Shown: piece by piece, positions 56,887 through 64,000 of the stretch
Layout of the letters: the number at the start of each line of letters is the position of its first letter
Numbering within the stretch: the first letter of the stretch is position 1
Source: Candidatus Kaiserbacteria bacterium
Lineage (GTDB): Bacteria > Patescibacteriota > Minisyncoccia > Phycocordibacterales > UBA2100
Direction: 5' to 3'
NCBI GenBank assembly: GCA_016186765.1
Contig: JACPLD010000002.1
Location: 110,386-174,385, forward strand
DNA: 64,000 nucleotides
Notes under the pieces: generated by a model
Told to the model about the DNA's origin: nothing
The model's input: the letters and a program-made list of their open reading frames with translations, nothing else
Database searches by the model: none
Translations under genes and position numbers: made by a program

Positions 56887-57474
56887 ATGAGCAAAAAGCA
56901 GGTTGTCGTGATCGCCGGTCCCTCGGGGAGCGGCGAGAGCACGGTCACCGAGCGTGTTGTCGAACGGTATCCGGATCGCGCGCAGCGGCTCGTGACCGCC
57001 ACAACGCGCGCGCCGCGCGTGGGTGAAAAGAACGGCATAGACTACTACTTCTTTACCAAGGACGAATTCGCGCGCGAACGAAAGAAAGGGCATATCCTCG
57101 AATCTACCTACATCAAGAATCGAGATACGTACTATGGCACCTATGCGCCCGATCTTGAGAAGAAGATTGCATCGGGATGTATCGTGATCGTAAATCCCGA
57201 CCTTGTCGGCGCGCGCTACTATAAGGACCACTACGGCGCTGCCACGATTTTTATCGTGCCAGAAAGTGTCGAGGCGCTCGAGCGAAGAATCCGTGAACGC
57301 TCGCCCGAATTGAGTGAGGAAGAGATTGCGCATCGCAAGGAAAATGCCGTGCGCGAGATGCAGAAGGAGCAATCGTTTTACGATCACATGGTCGTGAACG
57401 CAGACGGCAAGTTGGAAGAGGCGGTCGATAAGGTCGTGGCCATTCTCAAGAAACAAGGCTACAATCTTGATTAA
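56887..57474 (+). CDS. gmk: Guanylate kinase
   Basis: P-loop GPSGSGES plus TTRAPRVGEKNGIDYYF guanylate-kinase signature. Confidence 0.8.
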   Translation: MSKKQVVVIAGPSGSGESTVTERVVERYPDRAQRLVTATTRAPRVGEKNGIDYYFFTKDEFARERKKGHILESTYIKNRDTYYGTYAPDLEKKIASGCIVIVNPDLVGARYYKDHYGAATIFIVPESVEALERRIRERSPELSEEEIAHRKENAVREMQKEQSFYDHMVVNADGKLEEAVDKVVAILKKQGYNLD

Positions 57475-57476
57475 TT

Positions 57477-58067
57477 ATGGAGCCTCACACACTTTTATTT
57501 TTCGGCTCGCAAGGTGCGGGGAAAGGCACCCAGGTGAAAATGCTTGTCGACTACCTGCGAGCGAAGTCTGAACGGGCGGTGGTGCATATCGACATGGGAC
57601 AAGAGTTGCGGGATCTTCGCGATACCCGGACATACGCGGGCAAGCTGACTGGTGAGATCATCGATAATGGCATACGGATTTATGATTTTATGGCGATTTA
57701 TCTGCAGACGAAGAAGCTGGTGGACGCTTTTACGGGCAAGGAACACATCATTGCCGACGGACTGGCGCGAGGCGACGATCAGACGCGAGCGTTCGATGAC
57801 ATGATGCAGTTCTTCAAGCGCGACACCTCTTTCCAAATTATCAATCTTGTCATCTCTGACGACACCGCCGTTAAGCGTCTTCTCGCGCGCGGGAGAAATG
57901 ATGATACAGAAGAGGCAATACGCAGACGTCTTGCATGGACAAAAACTGACGTGTTGCCGCAACTCGAACTTCTGCGAAACCGCGGTCGTGTGGTCCATGA
58001 GATCGATGGAGAGCCCGACGTCCAAACAATTCACAAAAGTATTCTCTCGGCACTCGGTCTTGCATGA
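57477..58067 (+). CDS. adk: Adenylate kinase (short LID form)
   Basis: FGSQGAGKGTQ P-loop; expected position after secY. Confidence 0.85.
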   Translation: MEPHTLLFFGSQGAGKGTQVKMLVDYLRAKSERAVVHIDMGQELRDLRDTRTYAGKLTGEIIDNGIRIYDFMAIYLQTKKLVDAFTGKEHIIADGLARGDDQTRAFDDMMQFFKRDTSFQIINLVISDDTAVKRLLARGRNDDTEEAIRRRLAWTKTDVLPQLELLRNRGRVVHEIDGEPDVQTIHKSILSALGLA

Positions 58068-58834
58068 TAGCGAAGACGCCGGAAGAGATCATGGTTCTGC
58101 GTGAGGGAGGTCATAGACTTGCGCGGCACGTGCGAATGTTAAAGGAGATGGTGGCACCTGGTGTATCCTCATCGTTTCTTGAGACTAGGGCCCGCGAAAT
58201 GGTCGCGCGAGACGGGGATGAAATGGCGTTTTTGGGATACAAGGGGAAGAAGGATAAAAAAGGATTCCCGTCGGGCTTGTGCGTTTCAGTCAACGACATC
58301 ATTGTCCACTCTCCTGCGGGGCAGAATGGAAAAGTGATCGAAGAGGGCGATGTTGTCTGTCTCGATTTCGGCATCCGGCACCAAGGACTCTACACGGATC
58401 ATGCAGTAACAGTGATTGCCGGAAAGGCGAAGAATCCTGACGATGAAAAATTAGTGCACGGGACTCAAGAGGCACTCGCCGCGGGGGTTGCAAAGGCGCG
58501 CGTTGGGAATACAACGGGCGACATCGGTTATGCTGTCGAGAAGGTAGCCGAGAAATATGGGTTCGGTTTTCCTCGGAATCTCTCGGGCCATGGTGTTGGC
58601 AAGCGGGTGCACGAGGAGCCGCACGTCCCTAATTTCGGCAAGCCCGGGGAAGGAGAGAAGTTGGTAGATGGAATGGTAATCGCTATCGAGCCGATGATGA
58701 CACTCGGAAGTGGCGAGCTCTATGTTGATGCTGACGGCCACTCGTATCGCACCAGAGACGGCTCTCGTACCGCACATTTCGAACATACGATTTTGATAAC
58801 GAAAGACGGTCCCGAAATCCTCACGAAGGAGTAG
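58064..58834 (+). CDS. map: Methionine aminopeptidase type I
   Basis: Pita-bread fold metal ligands (D, D, H, E, E) and expected operon position. Confidence 0.9.
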   Translation: MIAKTPEEIMVLREGGHRLARHVRMLKEMVAPGVSSSFLETRAREMVARDGDEMAFLGYKGKKDKKGFPSGLCVSVNDIIVHSPAGQNGKVIEEGDVVCLDFGIRHQGLYTDHAVTVIAGKAKNPDDEKLVHGTQEALAAGVAKARVGNTTGDIGYAVEKVAEKYGFGFPRNLSGHGVGKRVHEEPHVPNFGKPGEGEKLVDGMVIAIEPMMTLGSGELYVDADGHSYRTRDGSRTAHFEHTILITKDGPEILTKE

Positions 58835-58848
58835 GGTAGAATACGTCC

Positions 58849-60123
58849 ATGACAGTGGACGTTTTGCTCGTTGGCGGCGGCGGAAGAGAGCACGCGCTGG
58901 CGTGGAAAATCGCTCAATCGCCGCGGCTAGGGAAGCTCTACATCGCGCCGGGGAACGGCGGGACGAGACTCGTGGGCGAGAACATTTCAATCGGCGTGAT
59001 GGAATTCGAGAAAATTGCGCAATTTGTAGAAGAAAAGAAGATCGGTCTTACCATCTGCAGTATGGATAATCCGCTCGTTAGTGGCATCGTCGATTTTTTT
59101 CAAGCGCGCGGACTTCGCATCTGGGGGCCGACAAAAGTGGCGGCGCAGATAGAAGGCTCGAAAGCGTTCGCAAAACAACTCATGCGCGAGGCGAGCATTC
59201 CAACGGCCGACTTTGCGGTATTCACGAATCACGACGAGGCTCTGCGATATGTGCATGAAAAGGGCGTGCCCGTCGTCGTAAAAGCAAGTGGTCTTGCGCT
59301 CGGAAAAGGTGTTTCCATATGCCGCACATTGAGCGAAGCTGAAAGCGCGCTCAAAGAAATAATGTTAGACAGAGTTTTTAAGGACTCCGGCACGGAAGTT
59401 GTGATCGAGGAATATCTTGATGGAGAGGAGTTATCGATCCATGCGCTCTCGGATGGAAAGACGCATGTGCTCTTTCCCGTCTCGCAAGATCACAAGACGA
59501 TAGGAGAGGGAGACACAGGGAAAAACACCGGCGGCATCGGTACTATTGTGCCTGTGCCATGGGTTTCCGCCGATACACTAAAAGATCTCGACGCACGAGT
59601 CGTGAAGCCCACGCTCGAGGCGCTTGCCGCGCGGGGGGCCTCATTTGCCGGCATTCTCTATCCCGGGCTCAAAATGTCATCGCAGGGTCCGAAAGTTCTC
59701 GAATTCAACGCCCGCTTCGGCGATCCCGAAGCGCAGGTGTACATGCGACTCCTGAAAACCGATATTCTCGATCTTTTCGAAGCATGCGTCGATGGCACGC
59801 TCCAGCGGCAAACAATCGAATGGGAGACAGGCTTCACGATCAACATCGTCCTTTGCTCTGGCGGCTATCCTGATGAATACAAAAAAGGATTTCCTATCAC
59901 GGGCATCGAAGAAGCAGAAAAGCTTCCTGGTGTTGTCGTCTTTCACGCGGGAACTACATTCGATGGCACACTTAAAACATCCGGCGGACGCGTTCTCGGC
60001 GTATCTGCCGTTGGTGCGACGCTCAAAGAAGCACTCGACCGTGCGTACGAAGCAGTCGAAAAAATCAATTTTGAAGGCAAATACTTCCGCCGCGACATCG
60101 GCGCGAAAGCACTTGCCGCTTAA
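58849..60123 (+). CDS. purD: Phosphoribosylamine--glycine ligase
   Basis: MxVLLVGGGGREHALAWKIAQSP... ATP-grasp PurD signature. Confidence 0.85.
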   Translation: MTVDVLLVGGGGREHALAWKIAQSPRLGKLYIAPGNGGTRLVGENISIGVMEFEKIAQFVEEKKIGLTICSMDNPLVSGIVDFFQARGLRIWGPTKVAAQIEGSKAFAKQLMREASIPTADFAVFTNHDEALRYVHEKGVPVVVKASGLALGKGVSICRTLSEAESALKEIMLDRVFKDSGTEVVIEEYLDGEELSIHALSDGKTHVLFPVSQDHKTIGEGDTGKNTGGIGTIVPVPWVSADTLKDLDARVVKPTLEALAARGASFAGILYPGLKMSSQGPKVLEFNARFGDPEAQVYMRLLKTDILDLFEACVDGTLQRQTIEWETGFTINIVLCSGGYPDEYKKGFPITGIEEAEKLPGVVVFHAGTTFDGTLKTSGGRVLGVSAVGATLKEALDRAYEAVEKINFEGKYFRRDIGAKALAA

Positions 60124-60143
60124 GCATTTCGCGCCAGTCCCGC

Positions 60144-60178
60144 CATACTGCATACTTCATACGCTATACTTATTCCAT
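60144..60178. repeat. Heptanucleotide repeat family, reverse orientation (revcomp AAGTAT AGCGTAT GAAGTAT GCAGTAT GG)
   Basis: Immediately upstream of the ATG of the 956-aa ATPase gene. Confidence 0.5.
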
Positions 60179-63047
60179 GCCTCCAATGTCAATGGAGCAA
60201 AAAGCCCGTGTCCCGCTGGAGTCGCTGCAAAAATTCAAATCTCCCGAGGAGGAGCTGAAATATTTGCGTGAGCGGGTGAAGGAGAAAGAGGCAGAGCTTG
60301 AGGCCACACCGAATCGTTTTGAGAGCGATCGCATCGCGAAGCGCGAGGTCGCGGAGTACGCGCAAGTGCCGCAGGCAACCATTCTTCACGAGGCGTATGC
60401 AATGCCAGAGCATGAGACAGTGCGCCACATGTTGAAACTCGAACCCGAAACGCACGACGTACAGATAGATGAACTTTTAAAGATCGTTTCGGAGCGGGGC
60501 ATCAGAAATGCGCTCGCCGTGTGCGCAAAACTGAAAAATGCCCACCTCGAAGACGATTTTCACCGAACACTCGTTGCCTACATCGCCGAAGGACTTCCTG
60601 AGAAGGGGACACCCCCACCGCAGAAAATCCGCCGCGCGCTCGACCTCGTACTTTTTATGATAGATCCGCAGGCGCACGGCGAGCGCGAGAAGCAAGACAG
60701 TAGTCAGCACCGCCTCGAACAGATCCTTTCCTCGTCAGAACAACTCTACGCGGGGCTTGTCTCACTCATTTCCTCGCACGAAGGATTCTCCCTTGAGATC
60801 GCGGTGCCCGAGGGCACAGAAGCTGCGATCCTCTACCTCGCGGTGCCACGGCAAAAGAAAGATCTCGCCGAGCGGCTCGTAGCCTCTGTGTTCCCCAACG
60901 CGCGCATCGAAGAAGAGCGCGGTGACTACAACATTTTCAACTATGAGGGCTACCACGCGGCTGCCGTAGCGACTCTTGCAGATACACCCGCGTACCCGCT
61001 CAAAACTCCCGAGATGTTCGAGCACGACCCTATGAACGTGCTGCTCGCGGCGTTCGCGAAGATCGCGAAACACGGCGAGGGTGCCGCGCTCCAGATCCTG
61101 GTTGGTACTGAGGGTGAGCGCTACAACCTGCACTACAAGAAGATGATCCGGCGGCTCGAGAAGGGAAAGATGCTCCATCGTGCGCTCGGCGTGCCGGAAA
61201 CCGCGATTGGCGAGATGCTCTACGATTTTTCGCACATGGCGTTCAAGTCGGAAAAACAGCTCCAAGCGGAGAAGGACCGCGCCTTCAGGCGGCAAGCAGA
61301 CAAGGTCGCCTCCGAGGAGATAGAACGGAAGATCAAGAGCCGTATTTGTCCTACTATCATCCGTCTTGCCGCTTCTGCTGCGACAAAAGAGCGCGCGAAC
61401 GCCATTTTGGAAAACCTCATCGCGCCGTTTAATCAGTACGACGATCCGAAGGGAAACCATCTCGTATTCAAGAAGGTGTCGAACTGGCACTCGAACTCGT
61501 TCCTGCGCGATTTTACGTACCGAATTTTTGATCATTCTCTCGCGATACCGCTTTCGCTTGCCGAGATAACCTCTATCTTCCACTTCACGGCCGAGCGCGT
61601 GCACACCTCACGCGAGCTCAAACGAAGCTTCGCAAAGCAAGCGCCCGCGCCGGTGGAGATGCCTCTCGGTGGCATCGTGCTCGGCGTCAATCGCTACGGC
61701 GCAGAGGAGCGGCCGGTGCACTTTGGGGCGACTGATCGTCTCCGCCATTGCTATGTGATAGGGCAGACCGGCACCGGAAAGACGGGACTTTTGAAGAACA
61801 TGATCATTCAGGACATCAAAAACGGAGAAGGCGTCGCCTTTGTCGATCCGCACGGCAACGACATCGAGGATGTACTCGCAGCAGTTCCGGCGGAGCGCGC
61901 ACAAGATGTCATCTACTTCGATCCTGCCTACACCGCGCGCCCGATGGGCCTCAACATGCTCGAGTACGACAGGAGTCGGCCCGAGATGAAAACCTTTGTT
62001 GTTGACGAAGTGTACGGCATCTTCCGGAAGCTCTACGCGGACGTGCCGGAGGCCTTTGGTCCCATGTTCGAGCAGTACTATAGGAACGCCGTGCAGCTTG
62101 TGGTCGAGGATCCCGATACCGGCAGCACGTTCGTAGAGATCCCGCGGGTGTTTGCCGATACCGCGTTCCGCAACCTTAAGCTCTCGCGCTGCCAGAATCC
62201 AATTATCGTGCAGTTCTGGAAGAAAATCGCTGAAGCTGCGCAGGGAGATCCTAGCTTAGAGAACGTTGCGCCCTACATCACCTCGAAATTCGACGTCTTT
62301 CTCACCAATGACATCATGCGGCCGGTCGTATCGCAGGAGAAATCGGCATTCGACTTCCGCAATATCATGGACGAACGGAAGATTTTTCTCGCGAATCTCT
62401 CAAAGGGTCGCCTCGGCGACAGGAACACTTCACTTCTTGGCCTCATCCTCGTCTCGAAGTTTCTGCAAGCCGCATTCTCGCGCGTCGATACGAAGGGCGA
62501 GCTTCCGGTTTTCTATCTCTATATCGACGAGTTCCAAAACTTCGCCACACCCTCGATCGGCACCATTCTCTCCGAGGCCCGCAAATACAAGCTCTCTCTT
62601 ACGATAGCGCACCAATTCATCGCGCAGCTCGATGAAAAGATCCGTGACGCTGTGGTGGGGAACGTCGGCACGAAGGCGGCGTTTCGCGTCGGCACGACCG
62701 ACGCCGAGTTCCTCGAAAAGCAGTTCCAGCCGATTTTTAGTCAGCAGGATCTTGAAAATCTTCCGAATCGCCATGCCGTCTTGGCGCTTCTTGTAAACGG
62801 TGTCCCTGCGCGGCCGTTCTCGATTCAAACCGAGAATCTGCCGCCCTTTGACTACAGCAAAGTTCCCCCGCTCAAAGAGCTCTCCTATCAAACCTATGGC
62901 CGCGATCGCGAGGAGGTGGAAGCCGAGATGCGCAAGAAGTTCGAGGCAAGCTATGGTTCGACGAGCTCACCACAAGTGGCCGTGCCCGCCTCGGATCTCG
63001 GCGGTGCGCTCGCTGGTCTCCCCGACCCCACGTCGCTGTACCAGTGA
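60177..63047 (+). CDS. Large (956 aa) FtsK/HerA/VirD4(TraD)-like P-loop ATPase with a ~500-aa N-terminal domain of unknown function
   Basis: Walker A CYVIGQTGTGKTG, Walker B FYLYIDEFQNF, C-terminal TraD/VirD4-like region. N-terminal half has a coiled coil and no recognised domain. Confidence 0.6.
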   Translation: MPPMSMEQKARVPLESLQKFKSPEEELKYLRERVKEKEAELEATPNRFESDRIAKREVAEYAQVPQATILHEAYAMPEHETVRHMLKLEPETHDVQIDELLKIVSERGIRNALAVCAKLKNAHLEDDFHRTLVAYIAEGLPEKGTPPPQKIRRALDLVLFMIDPQAHGEREKQDSSQHRLEQILSSSEQLYAGLVSLISSHEGFSLEIAVPEGTEAAILYLAVPRQKKDLAERLVASVFPNARIEEERGDYNIFNYEGYHAAAVATLADTPAYPLKTPEMFEHDPMNVLLAAFAKIAKHGEGAALQILVGTEGERYNLHYKKMIRRLEKGKMLHRALGVPETAIGEMLYDFSHMAFKSEKQLQAEKDRAFRRQADKVASEEIERKIKSRICPTIIRLAASAATKERANAILENLIAPFNQYDDPKGNHLVFKKVSNWHSNSFLRDFTYRIFDHSLAIPLSLAEITSIFHFTAERVHTSRELKRSFAKQAPAPVEMPLGGIVLGVNRYGAEERPVHFGATDRLRHCYVIGQTGTGKTGLLKNMIIQDIKNGEGVAFVDPHGNDIEDVLAAVPAERAQDVIYFDPAYTARPMGLNMLEYDRSRPEMKTFVVDEVYGIFRKLYADVPEAFGPMFEQYYRNAVQLVVEDPDTGSTFVEIPRVFADTAFRNLKLSRCQNPIIVQFWKKIAEAAQGDPSLENVAPYITSKFDVFLTNDIMRPVVSQEKSAFDFRNIMDERKIFLANLSKGRLGDRNTSLLGLILVSKFLQAAFSRVDTKGELPVFYLYIDEFQNFATPSIGTILSEARKYKLSLTIAHQFIAQLDEKIRDAVVGNVGTKAAFRVGTTDAEFLEKQFQPIFSQQDLENLPNRHAVLALLVNGVPARPFSIQTENLPPFDYSKVPPLKELSYQTYGRDREEVEAEMRKKFEASYGSTSSPQVAVPASDLGGALAGLPDPTSLYQ

Positions 63048-63496
63048 GTATGAGTAAATATAGAAGTCTCGATGAACAGTACATTCAATTCATTGTCAAA
63101 GAATACAAACACTGGACGTTGCTTCTTCACGATGATCAGCGCTATCTCGGCCGTGCCTACGCATGGCTAGTACGGGAGGGCAACATGCAGCGACTGTCGG
63201 GGGTTAAGGACGACGAGATGACGGAACTAAGAATTCTTATGCGCGAATATGAGGGTATGCTTCGGAAACTTTCCCAACCGGATTTTATGAACTACTCTTG
63301 GCTGGCGAATATGTTTCAACAACATGGCGGCCATGGACACATGCACCTCATTCCGCGATACGAAGAGTCAAGAACGTTTGCAGGCATAGAATTTGTCGAT
63401 CAACGATGGGGAAAGAATCCATTGCCCTCTGAAGAGTTCAAACTCCCAGAGGAGATTCTTTTTCAACTTAGGGATACTATTCGCGCCGGGATATAA
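63044..63496 (+). CDS. HIT-like (histidine triad) nucleotide hydrolase/transferase-family protein
   Basis: HGGHGHMHLIPRY histidine-triad-like motif. ATGA overlap with the ATPase stop suggests translational coupling. Confidence 0.5.
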   Translation: MSMSKYRSLDEQYIQFIVKEYKHWTLLLHDDQRYLGRAYAWLVREGNMQRLSGVKDDEMTELRILMREYEGMLRKLSQPDFMNYSWLANMFQQHGGHGHMHLIPRYEESRTFAGIEFVDQRWGKNPLPSEEFKLPEEILFQLRDTIRAGI

Positions 63497-63527
63497 AATC
63501 CCGGAGGTTTGACCTCCAGATACAACT

Positions 63528-63737
63528 TTGGCGCGGTATGATATAGTGCTTCTTATGACTACTACGCAGATACAAAAGATACAGAAAATCGCGACAGAGA
63601 GTGCTTCGCTCGCGAAGAGGGCACTCCGAAAGAGCAATGAGCTCGAGGCATATTTGAGCTTGCTTGAGTACAGGGCGGGCACCACAAGAGCGTACAAGTC
63701 AGTACGGGAGTTGTTCAGAAAGATCAAGAGGACATGA
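63528..63737 (+). CDS. Putative type II antitoxin (small helical protein)
   Basis: 69 aa; 4-nt ATGA overlap with the downstream RelE/ParE-like toxin. Confidence 0.45.
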   Translation: MARYDIVLLMTTTQIQKIQKIATESASLAKRALRKSNELEAYLSLLEYRAGTTRAYKSVRELFRKIKRT

Positions 63738-64000
63738 GGAAAATCCTTGCCACTCCGCGCTTTGAGCGCAGATTGGAACGGTTTCTTGAACACCATCCTG
63801 ATTTGGAACAAGCAGTCGAAGAAGCGATGATGCTTATTGTTTCGGATGACGCAGATTCATTGCGGGTCCATGGGCTTAAGGGAGTTCTTAAGGGCTGTCG
63901 CGCTGCGCGTATCTCATACGAGTATCGGATCGTGTTCGTGCTAAAGAGAAAAGCAGTCTGCTTTGTCGATATTGGGATGCATGACGATGTGTACCGTTAG
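63734..64000 (+). CDS. RelE/ParE-superfamily type II toxin (mRNA interferase-like)
   Basis: 88 aa; C-terminal ...YRIVFVLKRKAVCFVDIGMHDDVYR, typical of RelE/YoeB-fold toxins. Stop codon at the window end. Confidence 0.6.
   Translation: MRKILATPRFERRLERFLEHHPDLEQAVEEAMMLIVSDDADSLRVHGLKGVLKGCRAARISYEYRIVFVLKRKAVCFVDIGMHDDVYR

Noticed and set aside
60762-61604. 280-aa minus-strand ORF inside the giant ATPase gene
   Set aside because: Antisense shadow; the plus strand carries Walker A/B motifs.

Overview
This 64-kb window reads as a compact, gene-dense bacterial chromosome segment, most consistent with a CPR/Patescibacteria-like lineage. The cues are: no rpmD (L30) between rpsE and rplO; several ribosomal proteins with terminal extensions; a type IV pilus ATPase/platform/pilin locus; ComEC; and many weak-SD and GTG/TTG starts. 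It carries the str operon (rpsL-rpsG ... fusA-tuf) and a near-complete S10-spc cluster (rpsJ ... rplO-secY-adk-map).

Both operons are interrupted in unusual places. A ~2.3-kb insertion carrying three non-ribosomal genes sits between rpsJ and rplC, bounded by a recoded duplicate of the rpsJ 3' end. Three genes (a HAD hydrolase, a SemiSWEET-like transporter and a small ORF) sit between rpsG and fusA.

Other content: four tRNAs (Arg-TCG, Gly-GCC, Pro-TGG, Gly-TCC); hup, rny, clpP-tig, ppa and nusA on the minus strand; pilB-pilC plus three prepilin-like genes; tpiA-pgk; two paralogous large secreted proteins that share a peptidoglycan-binding domain (one a 939-aa protein with tandem Cys repeats); recJ, rnhA and mscL; a ComEC split into two ORFs with a divergent sodA between them; a giant FtsK/HerA/VirD4-like ATPase translationally coupled to a HIT-like protein; and a RelE/ParE-type toxin-antitoxin pair at the window edge.

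Non-coding signals worth follow-up are heptanucleotide (GRAGTAT)n tandem repeats at three gene starts, AGCCACTAGGG dimers flanking ppa, a GC-rich multi-hairpin intergenic region upstream of yraN, and a mini-ORF with a strong SD and an intrinsic terminator between fusA and tuf. No rRNA or CRISPR array was seen.
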